64,000 nucleotides of DNA from Auanema rhodensis (taxonomy: Eukaryota > Animalia > Nematoda). The translations under genes and the position numbers were made by a program. Below, in pieces: positions 25,101-39,100 of the stretch (position 1 is its first letter; each line of letters begins with the position of its first letter). The notes beneath the pieces were generated by a model that saw only the letters and a list, made by a program, of their open reading frames with translations, did no database searches and was not told where the DNA came from. Location: contig OZ059895.1 of NCBI GenBank assembly GCA_964057225.1, positions 22,630,001 through 22,694,000 on the forward strand. The letters run 5' to 3'.

Positions 25101-28100
25101 ACTAATTTTTGTATTGAGCGTTTCTCAATGTAGTATAGTGCATTCGATGCGGATTTTTAAGCTGCGTCGATCTGTGTTATCAGATTTGCGCTAGCTTAAA
25201 AATGCACCATGATATCAACTGATATAAGTTCACACTTATATCCTCGATTTTCACCCTGAAGAATTAATTTTTTCGTTGAATAACATTGTCCATCGTCTTT
25301 GCCTTGAAAAAAGGAATCTAAAAACATCTCCTTTTTGCTAAATTATTTTGAAATTTTTCGAAAAAATTTTTGTCAAAATGTTTTTGGAAGCAATGTTGAG
25401 TGTACATGGAAACTCAACATACACTAATGCATCATTTTTCAAACGATCATAACTAATTTTTGTATTGAGCGTTTCTCAATGTAGTATAGTGCATTCGATG
25501 CGGATTTTTAAGCTGCGTCGATCTGTGTTATCAGATTTGCGCTAGCTTAAAAATGCACCGAGATATCAACTGATAAAAGTTCACACTTATATCCTCGATT
25601 TTCACCCTGAAGAATTAATTTTTTCGTTGAATAACATTGTCCATCGTCTTTGCCTTGAAAAAAGGAATCTAAAAACATCTACTTTTTGCTAAATTATTTT
25701 GAAATTTTTCGAAAAAATTTTTGTCAAAATGTTTTTGGAAGCAATGTTGAGTGTACATGGAAACTCAACATACACTAATGCATCATTTTTCAAACGATCA
25801 TAACTAATTTTTGTATTAAGCGTTTCTCAATGTAGTATAGTGCATTCGATGCGGATTTTTAAGCTGCGTCGATCTGTGTTATCAGATTTGCGCTAGCTTA
25901 AAAATGCACCGAGATATCAACTGATATAAGTTCACACTTATATCCTCGATTTTCACCCTGAAGAATTAATTTTTTCGTTGAATAACATTGTCCATCGTCT
26001 TTGCCATGAAAAAAGGAATCTAAAAACATCTACTTTTTGCTAAATTATTTTAAAATTTTTCGAAAAAATTTTTGTCAAAATGTTTTTGGAAGCAATGTTG
26101 AGTGTACATGGAAACTCAACATACACTAATGCATCATTTTTCAAACGATCATAACTAATTTTTGTATTGAGCGTTTCTCAATGTAGTATAGTGCATTCGA
26201 TGCGGATTTTTAAGCTGCGTCGATCTGTGTTATCAGATTTGCGCTAGCTTAAAAATGCACCGAGATATCAACTGATAAAAGTTCACACTTATATCCTCGA
26301 TTTTCACCCTGAAGAATTAATTTTTTCGTTGAATAACATTGTCCATCGTCTTTGCCTTGAAAAAAGGAATCTAAAAACATCTACTTTTTGCTAAATTATT
26401 TTGAAATTTTTCGAAAAAATTTTTGTCAAAATGTTTTTGGAAGCAATGTTGAGTGTACATGGAAACTCAACATACACTAATGCATCATTTTTCAAACGAT
26501 CATAACTAATTTTTGTATTAAGCGTTTCTCAATGTAGTATAGTGCATTCGATGCGGATTTTTAAGCTGCGTCGATCTGTGTTATCAGATTTGCGCTAGCT
26601 TAAAAATGCACCATGATATCAACTGATATAAGTTCACACTTATATCCTCGATTTTCACCCTGAAGAATTAATTTTTTCGTTGAATAACATTGTCCATCGT
26701 CTTTGCCTTGAAAAAAGGAATCTAAAAACATCTACTTTTTGCTAAATTATTTTGAAATTTTTCGAAAAAATTTTTGTCAAAATGTTTTTGGAAGCAATGT
26801 TGAGTGTACATGGAAACTCAACATACACTAATGCATCATTTTTCAAACGATCATAACTAATTTTTGTATTAAGCGTTTCTCAATGTAGTATAGTGCATTC
26901 GATGCGGATTTTTAAGCTGCGTCGATCTGTGTTATCAGATTTGCGCTAGCTTAAAAATGCACCATGATATCAACTGATATAAGTTCACACATATATCCTC
27001 GATTTTCACCCTGAAGAATTAATTTTTTCGTTGAATAACATTGTCCATCGTCTTTGCCTTGAAAAAAGGAATCTAAAAACATCTCCTTTTTGCTAAATTA
27101 TCTTGAAATTTTTCGAAAAAATTTTTGTCAAAATGTTTTTGGAAGCAATGTTGAGTGTACATGGAAACTCAACATACACTAATGCATCATTTTTCAAACG
27201 ATCATAACTAATTTTTGTATTGAGCGTTTCTCAATGTAGTATAGTGCATTCGATGCGGATTTTTAAGCTGCGTCGATCTGTGTTATCAGATTTGCGCTAG
27301 CTTAAAAATGCACCGAGATATCAACTGATATAAGTTCACACTTATATCCTCGATTTTCACCCTGAAGAATTAATTTTTTCGTTGAATAACATTGTACATC
27401 GTCTTTGCCATGAAAAAAGGAATCTAAAAACATCTACTTTTTGCTAAATTATTTTAAAATTTTTCGAAAAAATTTTTGTCAAAATGTTTTTGGAAGCAAT
27501 GTTGAGTGTACATGGAAACTCAACATACACTAATGCATCATTTTTCAAACGATCATAACTAATTTTTGTATTGAGCGTTTCTCAATGTAGTATAGTGCAT
27601 TCGATGCGGATTTTTAAGCTGCGTCGATCTGTGTTATCAGATTTGCGCTAGCTTAAAAATGCACCGAGATATCAACTGATATAAGTTCACACTTATATCC
27701 TCGATTTTCACCCTGAAGAATTAATTTTTTCGTTGAATAACATTGTCCATCGTCTTTGCCATGAAAAAAGGAATCTAAAAACATCTACTTTTTGCTAAAT
27801 TATTTTAAAATTTTTCGAAAAAATTTTTGTCAAAATGTTTTTGGAAGCAATGTTGAGTGTACATGGAAACTCAACATACACTAATGCATCATTTTTCAAA
27901 CGATCATAACTAATTTTTGTATTGAGCGTTTCTCAATGTAGTATAGTGCATTCGATGCGGATTTTTAAGCTGCGTCGATCTGTGTTATCAGATTTGCGCT
28001 AGCTTAAAAATGCACCGAGATATCAACTGATAAAAGTTCACACTTATATCCTCGATTTTCACCCTGAAGAATTAATTTTTTCGTTGAATAACATTGTCCA

Positions 28101-29191
28101 TCGTCTTTGCCTTGAAAAAAGGAATCTAAAAACATCTACTTTTTGCTAAATTATTTTGAAATTTTTCGAAAAAATTTTTGTCAAAATGTTTTTGGAAGCA
28201 ATGTTGAGTGTACATGGAAACTCAACATACACTAATGCATCATTTTTCAAACGATCATAACTAATTTTTGTATTAAGCGTTTCTCAATGTAGTATAGTGC
28301 ATTCGATGCGGATTTTTAAGCTGCGTCGATCTGTGTTATCAGATTTGCGCTAGCTTAAAAATGCACCATGATATCAACTGATATAAGTTCACACTTATAT
28401 CCTCGATTTTCACCCTGAAGAATTAATTTTTTCGTTGAATAACATTGTCCATCGTCTTTGCCCTGAAAAAAGGAATCTAAAAACATCTCCTTTTTGCTAA
28501 ATTATTTTGAAATTTTTCGAAAAAATTTTTGTCAAAATGTTTTTGGAAGCAATGTTGAGTGTACATGGAAACTCAACATACACTAATGCATCATTTTTCA
28601 AACGATCATAACTAATTTTTGTATTAAGCGTTTCTCAATGTAGTATAGTGCATTCGATGCGGATTTTTAAGCTGCGTCGATCTGTGTTATCAGATTTGCG
28701 CTAGCTTAAAAATGCACCGAGATATCAACTGATATAAGTTCACACTTATATCCTCGATTTTCACCCTGAAGAATTAATTTTTTCGTTGAATAACATTGTC
28801 CATCGTCTTTGCCTTGAAAAAAGGAATCTAAAAACATCTACTTTTTGCTAAATTATTTTGAAATTTTTCGAAAAAATTTTTGTCAAAATGTTTTTGGAAG
28901 CAATGTTGAGTGTACATGGAAACTCAACATACACTAATGCATCATTTTTCAAACGATCATAACTAATTTTTGTATTAAGCGTTTCTCAATGTAGTATAGT
29001 GCATTCGATGCGGATTTTTAAGCTGCGTCGATCTGTGTTATCAGATTTGCGCTAGCTTAAAAATGCACCGAGATATCAACTGATATAAGTTCACACTTAT
29101 ATCCTCGATTTTCACCCTGAAGAATTAATTTTTTCGTTGAATAACATTGTCCATCGTCTTTGCCTTGAAAAAAGGAATCTAAAAACATCTA

Positions 29192-32100
29192 CTTTTTGCT
29201 AAATTATTTTGAAATTTTTCGAAAAAATTTTTGTCAAAATGTTTTTGGAAGCAATGTTGAGTGTACATGGAAACTCAACATACACTAATGCATCATTTTT
29301 CAAACGATCATAACTAATTTTTGTATTGAGCGTTTCTCAATGTAGTATAGTGCATTCGATGCGGATTTTTAAGCTGCGTCGATCTGTGTTATCAGATTTG
29401 CGCTAGCTTAAAAATGCACCGAGATATCAACTGATAAAAGTTCACACTTATATCCTCGATTTTCACCCTGAAGAATTAATTTTTTCGTTGAATAACATTG
29501 TCCATCGTCTTTGCCTTGAAAAAAGGAATCTAAAAACATCTACTTTTTGCTAAATTATTTTGAAATTTTTCGAAAAAATTTTTGTCAAAATGTTTTTGGA
29601 AGCAATGTTGAGTGTACATGGAAACTCAACATACACTAATGCATCATTTTTCAAACGATCATAACTAATTTTTGTATTAAGCGTTTCTCAATGTAGTATA
29701 GTGCATTCGATGCGGATTTTTAAGCTGCGTCGATCTGTGTTATCAGATTTGCGCTAGCTTAAAAATGCACCATGATATCAACTGATATAAGCTCACACTT
29801 ATATCCTCGATTTTCACCCTGAAGAATTAATTTATTCGTTGAATAACATTGTCCATCGTCTTTGCCTTGAAAAAAGGAATCTAAAAACATCTACTTTTTG
29901 CTAAATTATTTTGAAATTTTTCGAAAAAATTTTTGTCAAAATGTTTTTGGAAGCAATGTTGAGTGTACATGGAAACTCAACATACACTAATGCATCATTT
30001 TTCAAACGATCATAACTAATTTTTGTATTAAGCGTTTCTCAATGTAGTATAGTGCATTCGATGCGGATTTTTAAGCTGCGTCGATCTGTGTTATCAGATT
30101 TGCGCTAGCTTAAAAATGCACCATGATATCAACTGATATAAGTTCACACTTATATCCTCGATTTTCACCCTGAAGAATTAATTTTTTCGTTGAATAACAT
30201 TGTCCATCGTCTTTGCCTTGAAAAAAGGAATCTAAAAACATCTCCTTTTTGCTAAATTATTTTGAAATTTTTCGAAAAAATTTTTGTCAAAATGTTTTTG
30301 GAAGCAATGTTGAGTGTACATGGAAACTCAACATACACTAATGCATCATTTTTCAAACGATCATAACTAATTTTTGTATTGAGCGTTTCTCAATGTAGTA
30401 TAGTGCATTCGATGCGGATTTTTAAGCTGCGTCGATCTGTGTTATCAGATTCGCGCTAGCTTAAAAATGCACCGAGATATCAACTGATATAAGTTCACAC
30501 TTATATCCTCGATTTTCACCCTGAAGAATTAATTTTTTCGTTGAATAACATTGTCCATCGTCTTTGCCTTGAAAAAAGGAATCTAAAAACATCTACTTTT
30601 TGCTAAATTATTTCGAAATTTTTCGAAAAAATTTTTGTCAAAATGTTTTTGGAAGCAATGTTGAGTGTACATGGAAACTCAACATACACTAATGCATCAT
30701 TTTTCAAACGATCATAACTAATTTTTGTATTAAGCGTTTCTCAATGTAGTATAGTGCATTCGATGCGGATTTTTAAGCTGCGTCGATCTGTGTTATCAGA
30801 TTTGCGCTAGCTTAAAAATGCACCGAGATATCAACTGATATAAGTTCACACTTATATCCTCGATTTTCACCCTGAAGAATTAATTTTTTCGTTGAATAAC
30901 ATTGTCCATCGTCTTTGCCTTGAAAAACGGAATCTAAAAACATCTACTTTTTGCTAAATTATTCTGAAATTTTTCGAAAAAATTTTTGTCAAAATGTTTT
31001 TGGAAGCAATGTTGAGTGTACATGGAAACTCAACATACACTAATGCATCATTTTTCAAACGATCATAACTAATTTTTGTATTAAGCGTTTCTCAATGTAG
31101 TATAGTGCATTTGATGCGGATTTTTAAGCTGCGTCGATCTGTGTTATCAGATTTGCGCTAGCTTAAAAATGCACCGAGATATCAACTGATATAAGTTCAC
31201 ACTTATATCCTCAATTTTCACCCTGAAGAATTAATTTTTTCGTTGAATAACATTGTCCATCGTCTTTGCCTTGAAAAAAGGAATCTAAAAACATCTACTT
31301 TTTGCTAAATTATTTTGAAATTTTTCGAAAAAATTTTTGTCAAAATGTTTTTGGAAGCAATGTTGAGTGTACATGGAAACTCAACATACACTAATGCATC
31401 ATTTTTCAAACGATCATAACTAATTTTTGTATTAAGCGTTTCTCAATGTAGTATAGTGCATTCGATGCGGATTTTTAAGCTGCGTCGATATGTGTTATCA
31501 GATTTGCGCTAGCTTAAAAATGCACCGAGATATCAACTGATATAAGTTCACACTTATATCCTCAATTTTCACCCTGAAGAATTAATTTTTTCGTTGAATA
31601 ACATTGTCCATCGTCTTTGCCTTGAAAAAAGGAATCTAAAAACATCTACTTTTTGCTAAATTATTTTGAAATTTTTTGAAAAAATTTTTGTCAAAATGTT
31701 TTTGGAAGCAATGTTGAGTGTACATGGAAACTCAACATACACTAATGCATCATTTTTCAAACGATCATAACTAATTTTTGTATTAAGCGTTTCTCAATGT
31801 AGTATAGTGCATTCGATGCGGATTTTTAAGCTGCGTCGATCTGTGTTATCAGATTTGCGCTAGCTTAAAAATGCACCGAGATATCAACTGATATAAGTTC
31901 ACACTTATATCCTCAATTTTCACCCTGAAGAATTAATTTTTTCGTTGAATAACATTGTCCATCGTCTTTGCCTTGAAAAAAGGAATCTAAAAACATCTAC
32001 TTTTTGCTAAATTATTTTGAAATTTTTCGAAAAAATTTTTGTCAAAATGTTTTTGGAAGCAATGTTGAGTGTACATGGAAACTCAACATACACTAATGCA

Positions 32101-35100
32101 TCATTTTTCAAATGATCATAACTAATTTTCGTATTAAGCGTTTCTCAATGTAGTATAGTGCATTCGATGCGGATTTTTAAGCTGCATCGATCTGTGTTAT
32201 CAGATTTGCGCTAGCTTAAAAATGCACCATGATATCAACTGATATAAGTTCACACTTATATCCTCGATTTTCACCCTGAAGAATTAATTTTTTCGTTGAA
32301 TAACATTGTCCATCGTCTTTGCCTTGAAAAAAGGAATCTAAAAACATCTCCTTTTTGCTAAATTATTTTGAAATTTTTCGAAAAAATTTTTGTCAAAATG
32401 TTTTTGGAAGCAATGTTGAGTGTACATGGAAACTCAACATACACTAATGCATCATTTTTCAAACGATCATAACTAATTTTTGTATTAAGCGTTTCTCAAT
32501 GTAGTATAGTGCATTCGATGCGGATTTTTAAGCTGCGTCGATCTGTGTTATCAGATTTGCGCTAGCTTAAAAATGCACCGAGATATCAACTGATATAAGT
32601 TCACACTTATATCCTCGATTTTCACCCTGAAGAATTAATTTTTTCGTTGAATAACATTGTCCATCGTCTTTGCCTTGAAAAAAGGAATCTAAAAACATCT
32701 ACTTTTTGCTAAATTATTTTGAAATTTTTCGAAAAAATTTTTGTCAAAATGTTTTTGGAAGCAATGTTGAGTGTACATGGAAACTCAACATACACTAATG
32801 CATCATTTTTCAAACGATCATAACTAATTTTTGTATTAAGCGTTTCTCAATGTAGTATAGTGCATTCGATGCGGATTTTTAAGCTGCGTCGATCTGTGTT
32901 ATCAGATTTGCGCTAGCTTAAAAATGCACCATGATATCAACTGATATAAGTTCACACTTATATCCTCGATTTTCACCCTGAAGAATTAATTTTTTCGTTG
33001 AATAACATTGTCCATCGTCTTTGCCTTGAAAAAAGGAATCTAAAAACATCTCCTTTTTGCTAAATTATTTTGAAATTTTTCGAAAAAATTTTTGTCAAAA
33101 TGTTTTTGGAAGCAATGTTGAGTGTACATGGAAACTCAACATACACTAATGCATCATTTTTCAAACGATCATAACTAATTTTTGTATTGAGCGTTTCTCA
33201 ATGTAGTATAGTGCATTCGATGCGGATTTTTAAGCTGCGTCGATCTGTGTTATCAGATTTGCGCTAGCTTAAAAATGCACCGAGATATCAACTGATAAAA
33301 GTTCACACTTATATCCTCGATTTTCACCCTGAAGAATTAATTTTTTCGTTGAATAACATTGTCCATCGTCTTTGCCTTGAAAAAAGGAATCTAAAAACAT
33401 CTACTTTTTGCTAAATTATTTTGAAATTTTTCGAAAAAATTTTTGTCAAAATGTTTTTGGAAGCAATGTTGAGTGTACATGGAAACTCAACATACACTAA
33501 TGCATCATTTTTCAAACGATCATAACTAATTTTTGTATTAAGCGTTTCTCAATGTAGTATAGTGCATTCGATGCGGATTTTTAAGCTGCGTCGATCTGTG
33601 TTATCAGATTTGCGCTAGCTTAAAAATGCACCATGATATCAACTGATATAAGCTCACACTTATATCCTCGATTTTCACCCTGAAGAATTAATTTATTCGT
33701 TGAATAACATTGTCCATCGTCTTTGCCTTGAAAAAAGGAATCTAAAAACATCTACTTTTTGCTAAATTATTTTGAAATTTTTCGAAAAAATTTTTGTCAA
33801 AATGTTTTTGGAAGCAATGTTGAGTGTACATGGAAACTCAACATACACTAATGCATCATTTTTCAAACGATCATAACTAATTTTTGTATTAAGCGTTTCT
33901 CAATGTAGTATAGTGCATTCGATGCGGATTTTTAAGCTGCGTCGATCTGTGTTATCAGATTTGCGCTAGCTTAAAAATGCACCATGATATCAACTGATAT
34001 AAGTTCACACTTATATCCTCGATTTTCACCCTGAAGAATTAATTTTTTCGTTGAATAACATTGTCCATCGTCTTTGCCTTGAAAAAAGGAATCTAAAAAC
34101 ATCTCCTTTTTGCTAAATTATTTTGAAATTTTTCGAAAAAATTTTTGTCAAAATGTTTTTGGAAGCAATGTTGAGTGTACATGGAAACTCAACATACACT
34201 AATGCATCATTTTTCAAACGATCATAACTAATTTTTGTATTGAGCGTTTCTCAATGTAGTATAGTGCATTCGATGCGGATTTTTAAGCTGCGTCGATCTG
34301 TGTTATCAGATTCGCGCTAGCTTAAAAATGCACCGAGATATCAACTGATATAAGTTCACACTTATATCCTCGATTTTCACCCTGAAGAATTAATTTTTTC
34401 GTTGAATAACATTGTCCATCGTCTTTGCCTTGAAAAAAGGAATCTAAAAACATCTACTTTTTGCTAAATTATTTCGAAATTTTTCGAAAAAATTTTTGTC
34501 AAAATGTTTTTGGAAGCAATGTTGAGTGTACATGGAAACTCAACATACACTAATGCATCATTTTTCAAACGATCATAACTAATTTTTGTATTAAGCGTTT
34601 CTCAATGTAGTATAGTGCATTCGATGCGGATTTTTAAGCTGCGTCGATCTGTGTTATCAGATTTGCGCTAGCTTAAAAATGCACCGAGATATCAACTGAT
34701 ATAAGTTCACACTTATATCCTCGATTTTCACCCTGAAGAATTAATTTTTTCGTTGAATAACATTGTCCATCGTCTTTGCCTTGAAAAACGGAATCTAAAA
34801 ACATCTACTTTTTGCTAAATTATTCTGAAATTTTTCGAAAAAATTTTTGTCAAAATGTTTTTGGAAGCAATGTTGAGTGTACATGGAAACTCAACATACA
34901 CTAATGCATCATTTTTCAAACGATCATAACTAATTTTTGTATTAAGCGTTTCTCAATGTAGTATAGTGCATTTGATGCGGATTTTTAAGCTGCGTCGATC
35001 TGTGTTATCAGATTTGCGCTAGCTTAAAAATGCACCGAGATATCAACTGATATAAGTTCACACTTATATCCTCAATTTTCACCCTGAAGAATTAATTTTT

Positions 35101-35883
35101 TCGTTGAATAACATTGTCCATCGTCTTTGCCTTGAAAAAAGGAATCTAAAAACATCTACTTTTTGCTAAATTATTTTGAAATTTTTCGAAAAAATTTTTG
35201 TCAAAATGTTTTTGGAAGCAATGTTGAGTGTACATGGAAACTCAACATACACTAATGCATCATTTTTCAAACGATCATAACTAATTTTTGTATTAAGCGT
35301 TTCTCAATGTAGTATAGTGCATTCGATGCGGATTTTTAAGCTGCGTCGATATGTGTTATCAGATTTGCGCTAGCTTAAAAATGCACCGAGATATCAACTG
35401 ATATAAGTTCACACTTATATCCTCAATTTTCACCCTGAAGAATTAATTTTTTCGTTGAATAACATTGTCCATCGTCTTTGCCTTGAAAAAAGGAATCTAA
35501 AAACATCTACTTTTTGCTAAATTATTTTGAAATTTTTTGAAAAAATTTTTGTCAAAATGTTTTTGGAAGCAATGTTGAGTGTACATGGAAACTCAACATA
35601 CACTAATGCATCATTTTTCAAACGATCATAACTAATTTTTGTATTAAGCGTTTCTCAATGTAGTATAGTGCATTCGATGCGGATTTTTAAGCTGCGTCGA
35701 TCTGTGTTATCAGATTTGCGCTAGCTTAAAAATGCACCGAGATATCAACTGATATAAGTTCACACTTATATCCTCAATTTTCACCCTGAAGAATTAATTT
35801 TTTCGTTGAATAACATTGTCCATCGTCTTTGCCTTGAAAAAAGGAATCTAAAAACATCTACTTTTTGCTAAATTATTTTGAAA
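29192..35883. repeat. Eleven-monomer-offset (3861 bp) block duplication; ~2.8 kb identical (29192-32022 vs 33053-35883)
   Basis: The same ordered rare variants T308C+T350A, T266C, T77C, A40C+T76C+C224T, C251A and C87T recur at exactly +3861. Confidence 0.92.
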
Positions 35884-36152
35884 TTTTCGAAAAAATTTTT
35901 GTCAAAATGTTTTTGGAAGCAATGTTGAGTGTACATGGAAACTCAACATACACTAATGCATCATTTTTCAAACGATCATAACTAATTTTCGTATTAAGCG
36001 TTTCTCAATGTAGTATAGTGCATTCGATGCGGATTTTTAAGCTGCAATGATCTGTGTTATCAGATTTGCGCTAGCTTAAAAATGCACCGAGATATCAACT
36101 GATATAAGTTCACACTTATATCCTCGATTTTCACCCTGAAGAATTAATTTTT
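35803..36152. other. 350-bp junction monomer with 1-bp deletion (T5 to T4 at 35884-35887) at the A/B boundary
   Basis: Reads AAATTTTCGA instead of AAATTTTTCGA. Its 5' part is A-type (T14) and its 3' part is B-type (T189C, AAT at 245-247). Confidence 0.9.
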
Positions 36153-39100
36153 TCGTTGAATAACAATGTCCATCGTCTTTGCCTTGAAAAAAGGAATCTA
36201 AAAACATCTACTTTTCGCTAAATTATTTTGAAATTTTTCGAAAAAATTTTTGTCAAAATGTTTTTGGAAGCAATGTTGAGTGTACATGGAAACTCAACAT
36301 ACACTAATGCATCATTTTTCAAACGATCATAACTAATTTTTGTATTAAGCGTTTCTCAATGTAGTATAGTGTATTCGATGCGGATTTTTAAGCTGCGTCG
36401 ATCTGTTTTATCAGATTTGCGCTAGCTTAAAAATGCACCGAGATATCAACTGATATAAGTTCACACTTATATCCTCGATTTTCACCCTGAAGAATTAATT
36501 TTTTCGTTGAATAACAATGTCCATCGTCTTTGCCTTGAAAAAAGGAATCTAAAAACATCTACTTTTCGCTAAATTATTTTGAAATTTTTCGAAAAAATTT
36601 TTGTCAAAATGTTTTTGGAAGCAATGTTGAGTGTACATGGAAACTCAACATACACTAATGCATCATTTTTCAAACGATCATAACTAATTTTCGTATTAAG
36701 CGTTTCTCAATGTAGTATAGTGCATTCGATGCGGATTTTTAAGCTGCGTCGATCTGTGTTATCAGATTTGCGCTAGCTTAAAAATGCACCGAGATATCAA
36801 CTGATATATGTTCACACTTATATCCTCGATTTTCACCCTGAAGAATTAATTTTTTCGTTGAATAACAATGTCCATCGTCTTTGCCTTGAAAAAAGAAATC
36901 TAAAAACATCTACTTTTTGCTAAATTATTTTGAAATTTTTCGAAAAAATTTTTGTCAAAATGTTTTTAGAAGCAATGTTGAGTGTACATGGAAACTCAAC
37001 ATACACTAATGCATCATTTTTCAAACGATCATAACTAATTTTTGTATTAAGCGTTTCTCAATGTAGTATAGTGCATTCGATGCGGATTTTTAAGCTGCAA
37101 TGATCTGTGTTATCAGATTTGCGCTAGCTTAAAAATGCACCGAGATATCAACTGATATAAGTTCACACTTATATCCTCGATTTTCACCCTGAAGAATTAA
37201 TTTTTTCGTTGAATAACAATGTCCATCGTCTTTGCCTTGAAAAAAGAAATCTAAAAACATCTACTTTTTGCTAAATTATTTTGAAATTTTTCGAAAAAAT
37301 TTTTGTCAAAATGTTTTTGGAAGCAATGTTGAGTGTACATGGAAACTCAACATACACTAATGCATCATTTTTCAAACGATCATAACTAATTTTTGTATTA
37401 AGCGTTTCTCAATGTAGTATAGTGCATTCGATGCAGATTTTTAAGCTGCGTCGATCTGTGTTATCAGATTTGCGCTAGCTTAAAAATGCACCGAGATATC
37501 AACTGATATATGTTCACACTTATATCCTCGATTTTCACCCTGAAGAATTAATTTTTTCGTTGAATAACAATGTCCATCGTCTTTGCCTTGAAAAAAGGAA
37601 TCTAAAAACATCTACTTTTTGCTAAATTATTTTGAAATTTTTCGAAAAAATTTTTGTCAAAATGTTTTTGGAAGCAATGTTGAGTGTACATGGAAACTCA
37701 ACATACACTAATGCATCATTTTTCAAACGATCATAACTAATTTTTGTATTAAGCGTTTCTCAATGTAGTATAGTGCATTCGATGCGGATTTTTAAGCTGC
37801 GTCGATCTGTTTTATCAGATTTGCGCTAGCTTAAAAATGCACCGAGATATCAACTGATATAAGTTCACACTTATATCCTCGATTTTCACCCTGAAGAATT
37901 AATTTTTTCGTTGAATAACAATGTCCATCGTCTTTGCCTTGAAAAAACAAATCTAAAAACATCTACTTTTTGCTAAATTATTTTGAAATTTTTCGAAAAA
38001 ATTTTTGTCAAAATGTTTTTGGAAGCAATGTTGAGTGTACATGGAAACTCAACATACACTAATGCATCATTTTTCAAACGATCATAACTAATTTTTGTAT
38101 TAAGCGTTTCTCAATGTAGTATAGTGTATTCGATGCGGATTTTTAAGCTGCGTCGATCTGTTTTATCAGATTTGCGCTAGCTTAAAAATGCACCGAGATA
38201 TCAACTGATATAAGTTCACACTTATATCCTCGATTTTCACCCTGAAGAATTAATTTTTTCGTTGAATAACAATGTCCATCGTCTTTGCCTTGAAAAAACA
38301 AATCTAAAAACATCTACTTTTTGCTAAATTATTTTGAAATTTTTCGAAAAAATTTTTGTCAAAATGTTTTTGGAAGCAATGTTGAGTGTACATGGAAACT
38401 CAACATACACTAATGCATCATTTTTCAAACGATCATAACTAATTTTCGTATTAAGCGTTTCTCAATGTAGTATAGTGCATTCGATGCGGATTTTTAAGCT
38501 GCGTCGATCTGTGTTATCAGATTTGCGCTAGCTTAAAAATGCACCGAGATATCAACTGATATATGTTCACACTTATATCCTCGATTTTCACCCTGAAGAA
38601 TTAATTTTTTCGTTGAATAACAATGTCCATCGTCTTTGCCTTGAAAAAAGGAATCTAAAAACATCTACTTTTTGCTAAATTATTTTGAAATTTTTCGAAA
38701 AAATTTTTGTCAAAATGTTTTTGGAAGCAATGTTGAGTGTACATGGAAACTCAACATACACTAATGCATCATTTTTCAAACGATCATAACTAATTTTCGT
38801 ATTAAGCGTTTCTCAATGTAGTATAGTGCATTCGATGCGGATTTTTAAGCTGCGTCGATCTGTGTTATCAGATTTGCGCTAGCTTAAAAATGCACCGAGA
38901 TATCAACTGATATATGTTCACACTTATATCCTCGATTTTCACCCTGAAGAATTAATTTTTTCGTTGAATAACAATGTCCATCGTCTTTGCCTTGAAAAAA
39001 GGAATCTAAAAACATCTACTTTTTGCTAAATTATTTTGAAATTTTTTGAAAAAATTTTTGTCAAAATGTTTTTGGAAGCAATGTTGAGTGTACATGGAAA

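Larger units (their letters stand above)
1..35990. repeat. Subfamily/domain A of the array (ACATTGT at monomer 11-17 in nearly all units)
   Basis: Recurrent markers G3A, T32A, A58C, T77C, G78A, A195G, A207G, GA288-289AT, T304A and G325A were seen only in this domain. Confidence 0.9.
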
